This document shows, one piece after another, positions 38,324-48,057 of a stretch of 64,000 bases of DNA. The position numbers and the translations under genes were made by a program. Position 1 is the first letter of the stretch. Each line of letters begins with the position of its first letter. The DNA is taken from assembly GCA_900540295.1 (NCBI GenBank), contig UQFM01000002.1, forward strand, positions 5,491 to 69,490, in the 5' to 3' direction. The notes under the pieces are model-generated. The model saw only the letters and a program-made list of their open reading frames with translations, searched no databases and had not been told where the DNA came from. The stretch is from an uncultured Oscillospiraceae bacterium (GTDB lineage Bacteria > Bacillota > Clostridia > Oscillospirales > Acutalibacteraceae).

Positions 38324-39853
38324 ATGGCAAATAAAATCACGGAATTTTTAGACAGTAAAATTGTAAAAAAGGACGTCGGCGAGGAAACTTTTCTTACCTG
38401 GCGCGAAAACATTTCCTATGCGCTCGGACGCGGCGCGCAGGGCATGTTTACCTCGATGACAGGCTCGAAGTATTTAAACTACTTTTTAACCAATATCCTT
38501 TTGGAACGGTTTGCAACACCGGAGCGACCGGGCAGGCCGATGGAAATTGCATCAAAAATCCGTTTCTTCTGCGGCATTTTCGATGCAATTAACGACCCGA
38601 TTATGGGCATTATCGTGGACAAAACCCGCACCAAAGAGGGGCAGATGCGTCCCTATATCCGCATTGCGCCGTGGCTTGTCGCTGCCGTAATGCTCCTGTT
38701 CTTTTTGGGTATCCCGGGCGGTATGCCCGACTGGGCATGTATTGCATGGACCGTCTTTTTGTTTGTCGGCTTAGATGTCACCTACACCGCGTTCGACATT
38801 CCCATGGGCGCGCTTGCTTTTGCGATTACGCCGAACGGCATTGAACGCACAAAATTGTATGGTATCAGCTCCATTGTCCGCTCTATTTCGGGCGCATTGC
38901 CCGGGCTGTTTGTCGCCTGCGCGGGGTGGCTGCCGTATTTCAGCACGCACACCTCAAAGGCATATTTGACAGGCGCGGTGGTTTCCGCAGTCGGGATTCT
39001 CGGCTTTACCCGCATCACCTACAAAAACACCACCGAACGTACCGTACATCACGAAGAAGCGCCGTCCGTCAAGGACTGCTTTTCTTTGCTGTTCCGCAAC
39101 AGACCGCTGTTGATGCTGTTTCTTGCCAATCTGTTTTTCCTGCTTGTTAAGGTGGCAAATCAGGTTTCGTTTTATTTTGTTGCGGACTTAATGTTTACTA
39201 CAAAATACAACGTGTTTATTGATGTTATCACCTTTCCAGCGTTCCTGCTGGCAGGTATCGGCGTGCCGAAGCTGATGGAAAAACTCGGTACACGCGCCGA
39301 TCCGCGTAAATTCTACCGTATTTGCTGTGTGGCGGCGATTGCGGGGCATGTGCTGTTTACCTTAGTCTGCTACGACGGATTTTTGCAAAAAGACCCGGGC
39401 ACGGTTATCTCTCTGCCTATGGGCATTTTGACCGTGCTGTTTACAGGTCTTACCACCATTCCGCTGGAATGCAAGAATCTGATGCAAAAGGAAATGGAAG
39501 CGGAAACCGTCGATTATATTGAATGGAAAACAGGTACGCGCGTGGAAGGCATTATGCTGTCCATTATGTCGTTTACAGGCAAAATTGAAAATTCCGTTTC
39601 CTCTTCCATCGGTTTTGCCGTACTTGCTTATACAGGCTATATTGCGCATACCGAAGGGTCTTTGATTCAGAATGCCGCGACCAATCAGGCGCTGTTCTTT
39701 ATGACAACGCTTCTGCCCGCAGTCGGATATTTGCTGATGCTGATTCCGATGGCGTTCTACAACATTTCGGGCAAGAGCCACCGCATGATGATTGAAGAGC
39801 TGAAGGCGCGCCATGAAGCACAAGAAACCGCGCCGTCCGCAATCGGGGAATAA
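38324..39853 (+). CDS. GPH family MFS symporter (paralog of 28291..29745)
   Basis: GIFDAINDPIMGIIVDKTRTKEGQMRPY signature. Confidence 0.85.
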   Translation: MANKITEFLDSKIVKKDVGEETFLTWRENISYALGRGAQGMFTSMTGSKYLNYFLTNILLERFATPERPGRPMEIASKIRFFCGIFDAINDPIMGIIVDKTRTKEGQMRPYIRIAPWLVAAVMLLFFLGIPGGMPDWACIAWTVFLFVGLDVTYTAFDIPMGALAFAITPNGIERTKLYGISSIVRSISGALPGLFVACAGWLPYFSTHTSKAYLTGAVVSAVGILGFTRITYKNTTERTVHHEEAPSVKDCFSLLFRNRPLLMLFLANLFFLLVKVANQVSFYFVADLMFTTKYNVFIDVITFPAFLLAGIGVPKLMEKLGTRADPRKFYRICCVAAIAGHVLFTLVCYDGFLQKDPGTVISLPMGILTVLFTGLTTIPLECKNLMQKEMEAETVDYIEWKTGTRVEGIMLSIMSFTGKIENSVSSSIGFAVLAYTGYIAHTEGSLIQNAATNQALFFMTTLLPAVGYLLMLIPMAFYNISGKSHRMMIEELKARHEAQETAPSAIGE

Positions 39854-39856
39854 CCT

Positions 39857-41284
39857 ATGGCGCTGCTGAAACTGACCGTCATTGCCGATACCCATTATTA
39901 CGACGATTCGCTCGGCACAGCGGGCGGGGCATACGAACTGCGCAGTGCTTCCGACCAAAAATGTCTAGCCGAAACCGACGCAATCCTTTCTGCGGCATTT
40001 CAAACAATCGCCGAGAGCGACTGCGACGCCGTTTTGCTTGCAGGGGATTTGACCAACGACGGCGAACGGATTTGCCATGAAAAAATGCGCGAAAAGCTGT
40101 ACCGACTGCAAAAGCACAAACGGGTATTTGTAACCACGGCGACGCACGACTGGTGCTGTGACGGCAATCCGCGCCGATTCGCGGGAGACTGTGTATATAC
40201 GGATGTGGAAACCGTACCGCATGAAGAATTATATGATTTTTACGATGACTTCGGGACTGCCGCCGCGCGCGATAAATTCATGACGCATCTCGGCACAGCG
40301 TCTTATCTTGCGGATTTGTCGGAGGATGTGGTTTTGCTCGCGCTCAACGACGACCAGAACGGCAAGGGCAAAGCAGGATATAAGGCGGATCATTTGCAGT
40401 GGATTTTAGAAACGGTTCGCCGTGAAACTGCGGCAGGCAAAACGGTCATCGGTATGCAGCACCATTTGCTGTATCCGCATTTGTCGCCGCTGGTGACAAA
40501 CGGCTGTTGCTGCGGTGACCGAGACGAACTGTCGGAACAGCTTTGCAACGCGGGACTTCGCCTGATGTTTGTCGGGCATTCGCATATCCAGCGCATAGAC
40601 CGCTATGTCTCCGAAAACGGAAACGAACTGATAGAAGTCAATGTCGGTTCGCTGTGCGGGTATCCTGCGCCGATGGTGCAGGCGGAAATCACCGCGGACG
40701 AGATTCGCATACACACCGATTTTTTGAAGAGCTTTTCCTATAACGGCAAAACGGTAGATGCGCAAAGCTATCTGCGCGCGCACGCGGTGCATCTCATCGG
40801 CGGAGTTTTGGATACGCTCGCCTGCGGTGACAGACAGGCAATGGCGAAAAAACTCGATTCCTTCGGCATGCCTGATGCACAAAAAATTGCTGAAAGTTAC
40901 GGCGGTATTTTACAGTTTGCCGCACGGAAAATTTTAACGCTGACTGTCGGAAAAGTCTATCGGATTTTACGCTGTCTGCCTGTGAAAACGGGTTTTTCCG
41001 CGCAGGATATAGAGGCGATGCGCAATGTGCCTTTGACAGATATTGCAAATGATTTGCTGTTGGCGGCGCTTTCTGGCGAACCCGCAGGCGCACAGAAACC
41101 GTCTGCTTACACAAATATTCTGCGTGCGGCGGGTGAATTGCCTCTGAAAATGTTGCTTGCCTTTCACATAGACAGTGAAAAAGCACAGGCATTTTGCACG
41201 GAACTGTGCAACCTCATAACCGAGCTTTGCACAGGCGGTGCTTTAGATAATCATACGCTGAAAATTTCGAGGAAAAACCGATGA
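39857..41284 (+). CDS. calcineurin-like metallophosphoesterase (cytoplasmic, with C-terminal extension)
   Basis: VIADTHYYDD, LLAGDLTNDG and VGHSH motifs. Confidence 0.75.
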   Translation: MALLKLTVIADTHYYDDSLGTAGGAYELRSASDQKCLAETDAILSAAFQTIAESDCDAVLLAGDLTNDGERICHEKMREKLYRLQKHKRVFVTTATHDWCCDGNPRRFAGDCVYTDVETVPHEELYDFYDDFGTAAARDKFMTHLGTASYLADLSEDVVLLALNDDQNGKGKAGYKADHLQWILETVRRETAAGKTVIGMQHHLLYPHLSPLVTNGCCCGDRDELSEQLCNAGLRLMFVGHSHIQRIDRYVSENGNELIEVNVGSLCGYPAPMVQAEITADEIRIHTDFLKSFSYNGKTVDAQSYLRAHAVHLIGGVLDTLACGDRQAMAKKLDSFGMPDAQKIAESYGGILQFAARKILTLTVGKVYRILRCLPVKTGFSAQDIEAMRNVPLTDIANDLLLAALSGEPAGAQKPSAYTNILRAAGELPLKMLLAFHIDSEKAQAFCTELCNLITELCTGGALDNHTLKISRKNR

Positions 41285-41763
41285 AAACACTGATTTTATA
41301 TGCGACAAGACACGGTTCCACGGCAGAGGCGGCACGGCGGATTGCCGCGCGTATGCCAAACTCCGATGTGAAAAATATCAAAACGGATGCGTTTCGGCTT
41401 GCAGACTATGACCGAATTTTGATTGGCAGCTATATTCGCATGGGCATGTTTGACCGAAAAATCCGTGCGTTGCTGTTAAAAGAAATTGCCGTTCTGCGTG
41501 AAAAGATATTCGGCATTTTTGTGTGCTGTTGTTTCACGGAGAATGCGCAGACATATTTTCAAAACAATGTGCCGCCCCAGCTTTTGGAGACGGTACAGGC
41601 GACTGCGGCGCTCGGCGGTGAGCTGGACCGTAAAAAACTGCACGGCATGGATAAATATGTGGCGAATATGGTGCTGAAAGCCGACCATGCGCGCGGAATT
41701 TTGCACACGTTTACGCTGAAAGAAGAAAATATAGAAGCATTTGTAAACAAGATGCAGATGTAA
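41281..41763 (+). CDS. flavodoxin-domain protein
   Basis: MKTLILYATRHGSTAEAA flavodoxin-like N-terminus. Confidence 0.7.
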   Translation: MKTLILYATRHGSTAEAARRIAARMPNSDVKNIKTDAFRLADYDRILIGSYIRMGMFDRKIRALLLKEIAVLREKIFGIFVCCCFTENAQTYFQNNVPPQLLETVQATAALGGELDRKKLHGMDKYVANMVLKADHARGILHTFTLKEENIEAFVNKMQM

Positions 41764-41794
41764 GCTGAGGAAAGCCGACCCTGATATGTTAAAA

Positions 41795-41845
41795 GTGACC
41801 CCCGATAAAGAGAATGCGAAACGGCTTCTCTTTATCGGGGGTCGT
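41795..41845. terminator. bidirectional rho-independent terminator
   Basis: ACCCCCGATAAAGAGAA-loop-TTCTCTTTATCGGGGGT between convergent genes. Confidence 0.7.
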
Positions 41846-41871
41846 AATTATTGTCTGTTCTGTAATTTTCT

Positions 41872-42657
41872 TTACTTACCGAAAAAATATCCAATCACGG
41901 TAAACCATTCGCGGACGATAAAAGTGGGCAGGGAAAATGTGCCCGAATGCGCACAGACCTTATAGGTCGAAAGCCCGCATTTTTCGGCAAGCAGACCTGC
42001 GCGGAATTGGTGAAAGTCCGTGGTAATCAGCACCACGGTGCCGCCCAAATTCTGCGCCTCTAAAATTTCCTTGGAAAACTGCATGTTTTCGGCGGTAGTG
42101 GTAGATTTATCCTCTTTATACAGCCGTTCGGGTGCAATGCCTTTTTGTGTGAGCGCAATATACATCGCTTCCGCCTCGGACAGATTTTCACCGTCGCCCT
42201 TGCCGCCCGATAAAATGCACTTTGCCTGCGGATTTTCTGTCAGATATTCAAACGCCGCGTCAATGCGCTTTTGCAGCATTCGGCTCGGTTTATCGCCGTC
42301 CACCGCACAGCCGAGCACAATCGCCGTTGTATTTTCGGGGATGCTCTGCGAAGCGGAAAAGCCGTACACCACAAGCGCCGTTACGGCAGATACATACACA
42401 AAAACGGCAATCAGAAATACCGAAACTGCCGCAAGCAGAATTTTGCCGCGTTTTTGTGTGCACAGATGTGCAATTTTTGCTTTTACACGCGGGAAAAACA
42501 GCGAAAGCAAAAAGACGAGCAAACCCAAAGCCATGCCGACCGCGGAGCCGCTGTTAAACACAAACGAAGCAAGCGGCGAAAACAAAAGCACAATCGCCGC
42601 GCCGAAAAGCATACCGAAAATCTGCCCGACAGACGGGCGTTTTTTTGTGGTTGACAT
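41872..42657 (-). CDS. YdcF/DUF218 (SanA-like) membrane protein
   Basis: TM N-terminus plus a DUF218 domain (ILSGG..G). Start at MSTTKK with RBS AAAGGAGA. Confidence 0.7.
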   Translation of the reverse strand: MSTTKKRPSVGQIFGMLFGAAIVLLFSPLASFVFNSGSAVGMALGLLVFLLSLFFPRVKAKIAHLCTQKRGKILLAAVSVFLIAVFVYVSAVTALVVYGFSASQSIPENTTAIVLGCAVDGDKPSRMLQKRIDAAFEYLTENPQAKCILSGGKGDGENLSEAEAMYIALTQKGIAPERLYKEDKSTTTAENMQFSKEILEAQNLGGTVVLITTDFHQFRAGLLAEKCGLSTYKVCAHSGTFSLPTFIVREWFTVIGYFFGK

Positions 42658-42784
42658 CGATGCATCTCCTTTTTGTTTCGTACCCGTCTTGATAAAACAG
42701 GAATTTTTTTTGCTCGGCGCTTTACTTACCCGCAATTGATTTGCGAATGCCGTGGCAATAACCGATGACGCGTTCCGCGATGTT

Positions 42785-42860
42785 CATCAGATTCCACGGG
42801 CGCGCAATGCACGCTCCTACGGGGTTGGCACAGATTTGTCATTCTGAGCCGATAGGCGAA
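42785..42860. repeat. REP-like repeat cluster R6 (module A forward at 42827-42858)
   Basis: GGGCGCGCAATGCACGCTCCTACGGGG plus TGTCATTCTGAGCCGATAGGCGAAGAATCTCC. Confidence 0.8.
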
Positions 42861-42885
42861 GAATCTCCCGCAGAATGAAGTGAAG

Positions 42886-44172
42886 TTACAGCAATTTTTC
42901 AACATCCGCAAGGCGGATGCGTTTGGAAATGATATACGTTTTGCGCACCTGCTTGCCCTTGTCAGTTTTATATGTACCGTCCTCTTTTTTCTCCGCGGAG
43001 AAAATGCCGTACGAGGCGGTCACAACCGTCCCGTCGGAGAGCACAACATTGCCGCAGTAGCCTGTGTCCGCATTGGCGGTTACGCTCGGGGCGTTTTGGA
43101 AATCCAAATAGGTATGTGCAATTTTGATGCGGTACTGCCCCTCTCTGCCGTTTTTCAAATCGGCATATGTGCCGACCCAAGCAATCCAGCCCTCGGAATA
43201 CCACTTCATGGACTTTTTCTCGAAATGACTTTCCCACTTTGCTTTATCGCGTTCGATGGAACGGAAGGTAATAAACAGACGACCGTCGGGCAGCCACTCT
43301 GCGTGATGGCGTTCGCCGTTCAGCGCGGCGGGTGCTTCGACGGGCTTCGACCAGGTTTTGCCCTCATCTTTTGAAAAACTCAATAGCGAATTGATTTTTT
43401 TAGAATTACTGCGGGTAATGAGCATCAATTCGTCTCCTTGTCCGCCGTCCGAGCGCACACACTCCACTTCGCACATGTTGGAGTGCTTTTCCATACCGCG
43501 GTAGGCGGAAAAATACGGCGTAGGTCTTGACCAGTGCATATTGCCTGCATCGTCAAACGTTAAAATTGTTTTGTAATTTACAAAATTTCGCTCATGGAAC
43601 AGCCCCATCCACTTGTCCGCAAATTTTCCGTTTTCTTTTAAGCGCGTCAGCGAGCTCATCGGTACAATCGGAAGGCAGGAAAAAACAGGGTCGTTTTTTC
43701 CGTAAAACAACTGATATTCGCTCCATGTTTTGCCCTCATCCGAGGAAACGGAACAATTGAAGCCGCCGGGCGTCGGCAAATTCGGCCATTTCGGATTGCC
43801 GCAAATGAGAATCAGCTTGTCGTCCCAATCGTGCTCGGAAAATTCCAAACGGTAGACTGTCGGTGTTTCCAGCGAGGTTTCCCAGCTTTTCGGCGGATTT
43901 TCGATGGCGTCGGAATAACTTCTGCCGCCGTCATGACTGATGCGCGACAGCGTTTTGCCCTTACCGTGTCCTTCGGGGAAGAATGTTAAAATCGATTCGT
44001 CATTTAAAAGTACGGAATCGGGATGACCTAAATACCCTTGCCCCGCATCCACCGTAGTTTGCGTGAACAGTTCCGAAAGGGCATCGTCTGCGCCGTCGGG
44101 ACGCACGCTCAAATCGATTTGCGGAATGGTATAAGCCTTGCCGGGGGTACGGTATTTGCTGTTCCAAAACAT
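42886..44172 (-). CDS. BNR/Asp-box repeat glycoside hydrolase (sialidase-like), cytoplasmic
   Basis: Asp-boxes SSDEGKTW, SKDEGKTW and SHDGGRSY. No signal peptide. Confidence 0.65.
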   Translation of the reverse strand: MFWNSKYRTPGKAYTIPQIDLSVRPDGADDALSELFTQTTVDAGQGYLGHPDSVLLNDESILTFFPEGHGKGKTLSRISHDGGRSYSDAIENPPKSWETSLETPTVYRLEFSEHDWDDKLILICGNPKWPNLPTPGGFNCSVSSDEGKTWSEYQLFYGKNDPVFSCLPIVPMSSLTRLKENGKFADKWMGLFHERNFVNYKTILTFDDAGNMHWSRPTPYFSAYRGMEKHSNMCEVECVRSDGGQGDELMLITRSNSKKINSLLSFSKDEGKTWSKPVEAPAALNGERHHAEWLPDGRLFITFRSIERDKAKWESHFEKKSMKWYSEGWIAWVGTYADLKNGREGQYRIKIAHTYLDFQNAPSVTANADTGYCGNVVLSDGTVVTASYGIFSAEKKEDGTYKTDKGKQVRKTYIISKRIRLADVEKLL

Positions 44173-44243
44173 AGCTGTTGCCTCCGTTTATAAAGAAAAA
44201 TATTTTTAAACTGTGAAACAGGAAAGTCTTTTACGGGTTTTTA

Positions 44244-44368
44244 AGTAGGGGCGAACTGCCCGCCGAAATCTGATGAAATCCTGCGGCGGGGGCAAGATCT
44301 CGCCCTACCGAGAATCAAATCCACTCTGTGTCATGTGCGATTCTTCGCCTACGGCTCAGAATGACAGA
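44244..44368. repeat. REP-like repeat cluster R7 (module A reverse at 44337-44367)
   Basis: GTAGGGGCGAACTGCCCGCC..., CCCTACCGAGAATCAAATCCAC and GCGATTCTTCGCCTACGGCTCAGAATGACAG. Confidence 0.8.
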
Positions 44369-44399
44369 TTGGTGCTATACCCTACGCGCGAAGGGCAGA

Positions 44400-46187
44400 T
44401 TATTTCTGCCAAAACCAACGTTTTTTCTTTTCCTTTTCAAGCTTTGGCGTATCGATAACGGAAACGGCAGCGGACTTTGTGCCCTCTTGCTCAAAAATGA
44501 CAATTTCATTTTCCGCTTTCAAAACGCCCTTCGGAATATACAGCGTGACCTGCGGACCTGCTTCCCAATACCGTCCGAGGTTAAAGCCGTTTATAAACAC
44601 ACAGCCTTTTTTAAACCCGCTCATATCCACAAAGCAGTCTGCATCCGTCGCGGCTTGGAAGGTGCCCTTAAAGAATTTGGGGAAGGTTTCTGCCGCCGTG
44701 CCGTACTGCAAATTTTCAATATTATCCAACGGAATGGTATACACATCAAAGTCAAACAAAATCTGATCGCCGAGCATCACACGGGAAATGCCCTTGCGGT
44801 CATACAGATGCTTGCCGTAGTTGACGCGCCCCATGGCGTCCACCAAAATGTCGATGCGCTTTTCGCCCTTAAAACCGCCAAGCTGGACCGAAAATCCGTC
44901 GCCGTTTTCCAGCTTCGGATTTTCATGGCGGTAATAGGTCTTTTTGAGCTTGCCGTCCACAAACAGATAGGCGTTGTCGTGCACGCCCTCTACCTGAAGC
45001 TTTGCAGGCTCATATTTGCCGCGAATCACCGTAGAATACAGAATATACCCAAAGTTCTGCCCGAAATATTCCATGCTTTCGGGCGCAGGCGCATAATGCT
45101 TTTCCGCGATGTTCGGAAGATTCTCGAACAAATCCGCTGTTTCCGTCAGCTGCACCTCGCCGATATACTGCAATTTCGGTTCGGGCGGCAGAACGCCTTT
45201 TTCAATGCCCTGCTTCTCACAAAGCAAATCCCGAATTGCGTGATACGCCGGAGTATATGCGCCCCATTCCGTCAACGGCGCGCTGTAATCGTAGCTGGTG
45301 ACGGTTGGCTCATACGACTTGCGGTAGTGGTGATTTGCACCCGCAGTGAACCCGAAGTTCGTGCCGCCGTGGAACATATACAGATTAAAGCTCGCATCCA
45401 TATCCAAAAACGCATGGATTTCCTTTTGAATTTCATCCGCAGCGCGCGTATGGTGCTTATCCCCCCAATGGTCGAACCAACCGCCCCAAAATTCGCCGCA
45501 CATATAGGGCATATTTTTTTGATAGTCATCTAATTTTTTCAGCCGTGTTTTTGCACGCGAGCCGAAATTCATCACCTTAAACACATCCGGCAGTCCGCCG
45601 CCGGACAGCATCCAGTCACAGTCACCGTCCGAAGTGAACAGGAACGAATCCATACCTGCATCCGCCATAATTTCACGGACAGTCTGCAAATATTGCTTGT
45701 CATTGCCGTAGCTGCCGTATTCATTCTCAACCTGCATGGCGATGATATTGCCGCCGTTTTTGTTTAAAAGCCCGTTGATTTGCGCACCGAGTGCGTTGTA
45801 ATACCGCCGTACGCAGTCGAGATACGGCTTGTAATTACAGCGCAGACGCATATTTTTATCCTTTAACAGCCATGCGGGGAAGCCGCCGAAATCCCATTCG
45901 GCGCATATGTACGGACCGGGACGCACAATCGCATATAAGCCGACCTTTTGCGCAATACGCAGAAATTCCGCAATGTCGAGCATGCCCGTAAAATCGAATT
46001 CCCCCTCGCGCGGTTCGTGGAGATTCCAGCAAGTATAGGTTTCGACTGTATTGAAACCTGCCGCCTTCAGTTTTAAAAGTCGGTCTTCCCAATATTCGCG
46101 CGGCACACGGAAGTAGTGTATCGCACCCGAATAAATCGAGAACGGCTTGCCGTCTAAGAAAAATTTTCTGTCTTTGACTGTTAACAT
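44400..46187 (-). CDS. GH35 beta-galactosidase
   Basis: FSIYSGAIHYFRVPREYWEDRLLKLKAAGFNTVETY is a typical GH35 N-terminus. Confidence 0.85.
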   Translation of the reverse strand: MLTVKDRKFFLDGKPFSIYSGAIHYFRVPREYWEDRLLKLKAAGFNTVETYTCWNLHEPREGEFDFTGMLDIAEFLRIAQKVGLYAIVRPGPYICAEWDFGGFPAWLLKDKNMRLRCNYKPYLDCVRRYYNALGAQINGLLNKNGGNIIAMQVENEYGSYGNDKQYLQTVREIMADAGMDSFLFTSDGDCDWMLSGGGLPDVFKVMNFGSRAKTRLKKLDDYQKNMPYMCGEFWGGWFDHWGDKHHTRAADEIQKEIHAFLDMDASFNLYMFHGGTNFGFTAGANHHYRKSYEPTVTSYDYSAPLTEWGAYTPAYHAIRDLLCEKQGIEKGVLPPEPKLQYIGEVQLTETADLFENLPNIAEKHYAPAPESMEYFGQNFGYILYSTVIRGKYEPAKLQVEGVHDNAYLFVDGKLKKTYYRHENPKLENGDGFSVQLGGFKGEKRIDILVDAMGRVNYGKHLYDRKGISRVMLGDQILFDFDVYTIPLDNIENLQYGTAAETFPKFFKGTFQAATDADCFVDMSGFKKGCVFINGFNLGRYWEAGPQVTLYIPKGVLKAENEIVIFEQEGTKSAAVSVIDTPKLEKEKKKRWFWQK

Positions 46188-46282
46188 ATGTTTTCTCCTA
46201 TGGATTTATTCTTGGTATTTATGTGGAATTTCATCGGATTTGAGCGGGCGAACACAATTTGCCCATACAGGTTTTGTACGGG

Positions 46283-46362
46283 ATTGTCATTCTGAGCGCA
46301 GCGAAGAATCGCCCTCGGCACAAGGCAAAATTGATTCGAGCGTAGGGCGCAGGCTTGCCGGC
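46283..46362. repeat. REP-like repeat cluster R8 (module A forward at 46285-46313)
   Basis: TGTCATTCTGAGCGCAGCGAAGAATCGCC plus GCGTAGGGCGCAGGCTTGCC. Confidence 0.8.
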
Positions 46363-46378
46363 ACCGTTCGGCTTGCCT

Positions 46379-47233
46379 TTACTGCGCCAGCCCTAAGTAT
46401 TCTTCTAAGCACTGCCCGCTTTTCTGCATATCCTTTGCCGCCTTTTCACCGACATACCGCCAGTGCCACGGCTCATACATCACGCCCGTAATCTGTGTTT
46501 TGTTTTCGGGATAACGCAGAATAAAACCGTATTCGTGCGCGTGCGCCATGAGCCAGGAATACTCCTTAGTGGAAACGAAGTCCGCGCTGGCGCTGACCAC
46601 GTCCATGGCGAATCCCATATTGTGTTCGGAATGCCCTGCGGGTAAAATGCGTTCCCGTGTTTTGACAATCGCGTCCGCTTCGGAAAAGCCCTGTCCTTTA
46701 TAATATTCTGCTTTGCGGTTGAAGTTGTCTTTCTGCCGTGCATAGGAGCGGTATCCTGAATACGGTGTTAACGTACAGCCGTCCGCCTTTGCCGCCGCAT
46801 ACATCGCCGCATACTGCGGGGCGACACGTTCATCCAGCTGTACCGAGCTGCCCTCGACTGCCGCCGCCAATTTCGGTTCGTACCCTTCGGGCAGGCGGTA
46901 GGAGAGATTGACAACCGTCAGCTCCCATTTGTCGCCCGTCGGCGAAACAATGACGGGATTATCCGCGCTTGCCGCAGGCAGAGACACGGGCGGGGCTTTG
47001 GCAGTACTCGGTTCTGCGGTTGTCGATACGGTTGTGCTTTCCGTCGGTGCTTCGGTCGGCGCGGATGCCGATTCGGGTTCAGCTTGTGCTTCCGTCGGTA
47101 CGGTTGTTTCCGCCTGTTTCTGTATCGCCCGTTTTTGCGTCACGGCAAAACCTGTGCACAGTGCCGAGAGTATTACAACCAACAGCAGCGCCAAAACGCC
47201 TTTCGCTTTTACGGATTTTTTTATTTTTGCCAT
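46379..47233 (-). CDS. M15B/VanY-type D-alanyl-D-alanine carboxypeptidase (membrane-anchored)
   Basis: HSEHNMGFAMDV and EPWHWRYVG motifs. The start was trimmed to MAKIKK (RBS AAGGA), giving an N-terminal TM plus a Thr/Pro/Ala-rich linker. Confidence 0.75.
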   Translation of the reverse strand: MAKIKKSVKAKGVLALLLVVILSALCTGFAVTQKRAIQKQAETTVPTEAQAEPESASAPTEAPTESTTVSTTAEPSTAKAPPVSLPAASADNPVIVSPTGDKWELTVVNLSYRLPEGYEPKLAAAVEGSSVQLDERVAPQYAAMYAAAKADGCTLTPYSGYRSYARQKDNFNRKAEYYKGQGFSEADAIVKTRERILPAGHSEHNMGFAMDVVSASADFVSTKEYSWLMAHAHEYGFILRYPENKTQITGVMYEPWHWRYVGEKAAKDMQKSGQCLEEYLGLAQ

Positions 47234-47452
47234 ATTGATAATTCCTTTTTTCGGTGCATTGCATCTGCTTGTCTGTGCAGACTTTTCATATATGCCTATT
47301 TTAGAGTTTTTGCCGCATTCTGTCAACAGAAAACCCCGTTTTTGCGGGTGAAAGTGCCGAAAATCTGTGCCGCGTCTTGCGGTTGTCTGCGCGGTATGGT
47401 ATGATGAGAACAATGAAAGCAAACGAATATTTAAAAATGGGACGGATGTAGA

Positions 47453-47866
47453 ATGTGGGCTGTATTTGCCGTGCTTTCCGCCGTGTTTGCGGCACTGACT
47501 TCCATTTTCGCAAAGGTTGGAATTGACGGCGTGAATTCCAATCTCGCAACGGCTGTCCGCACGGTGGTAGTTGTTGTGATGTCTTGGGGCATGGTGTTTC
47601 TGACACATGCGCAAAGCGGTCTTACGGAAATCAGCAGAAAAAGCTGGATATTTTTGATTCTTTCGGGATTGGCGACGGGCGCTTCATGGCTTTGTTACTA
47701 CCGTGCACTGCAAATGGGCGAAGCCTCTAAGGTTGTGCCGATTGATAAGCTGAGCGTTGTGCTGACGCTGGTGCTCGCCTTTGTGTTTCTGCACGAGGAA
47801 TGCACGGCAAAATCGCTTGTCGGCTGTGCGCTCATCGGCGCAGGTACGCTGCTGATGGTTTTGTGA
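47453..47866 (+). CDS. EamA-like (DMT superfamily) small transporter
   Basis: 137 aa with four TM helices and a YYRALQ motif. Confidence 0.7.
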   Translation: MWAVFAVLSAVFAALTSIFAKVGIDGVNSNLATAVRTVVVVVMSWGMVFLTHAQSGLTEISRKSWIFLILSGLATGASWLCYYRALQMGEASKVVPIDKLSVVLTLVLAFVFLHEECTAKSLVGCALIGAGTLLMVL

Positions 47867-48057
47867 AAATTCCCTATCGACTTTTTTTCTTATATATGGT
47901 AAAATGACCAAAAGCATTTATTTTACCGTTGATTTTGTGTCCCTTTGGCTCTGCCTGACGGCGAACCGCTAAAGACGGACGAATTTTGCCGTTACGACGG
48001 CGGCAAAACAAATCATATTTATATTACTTTTTTATTATTGCATTTTGGAGTGATTCT

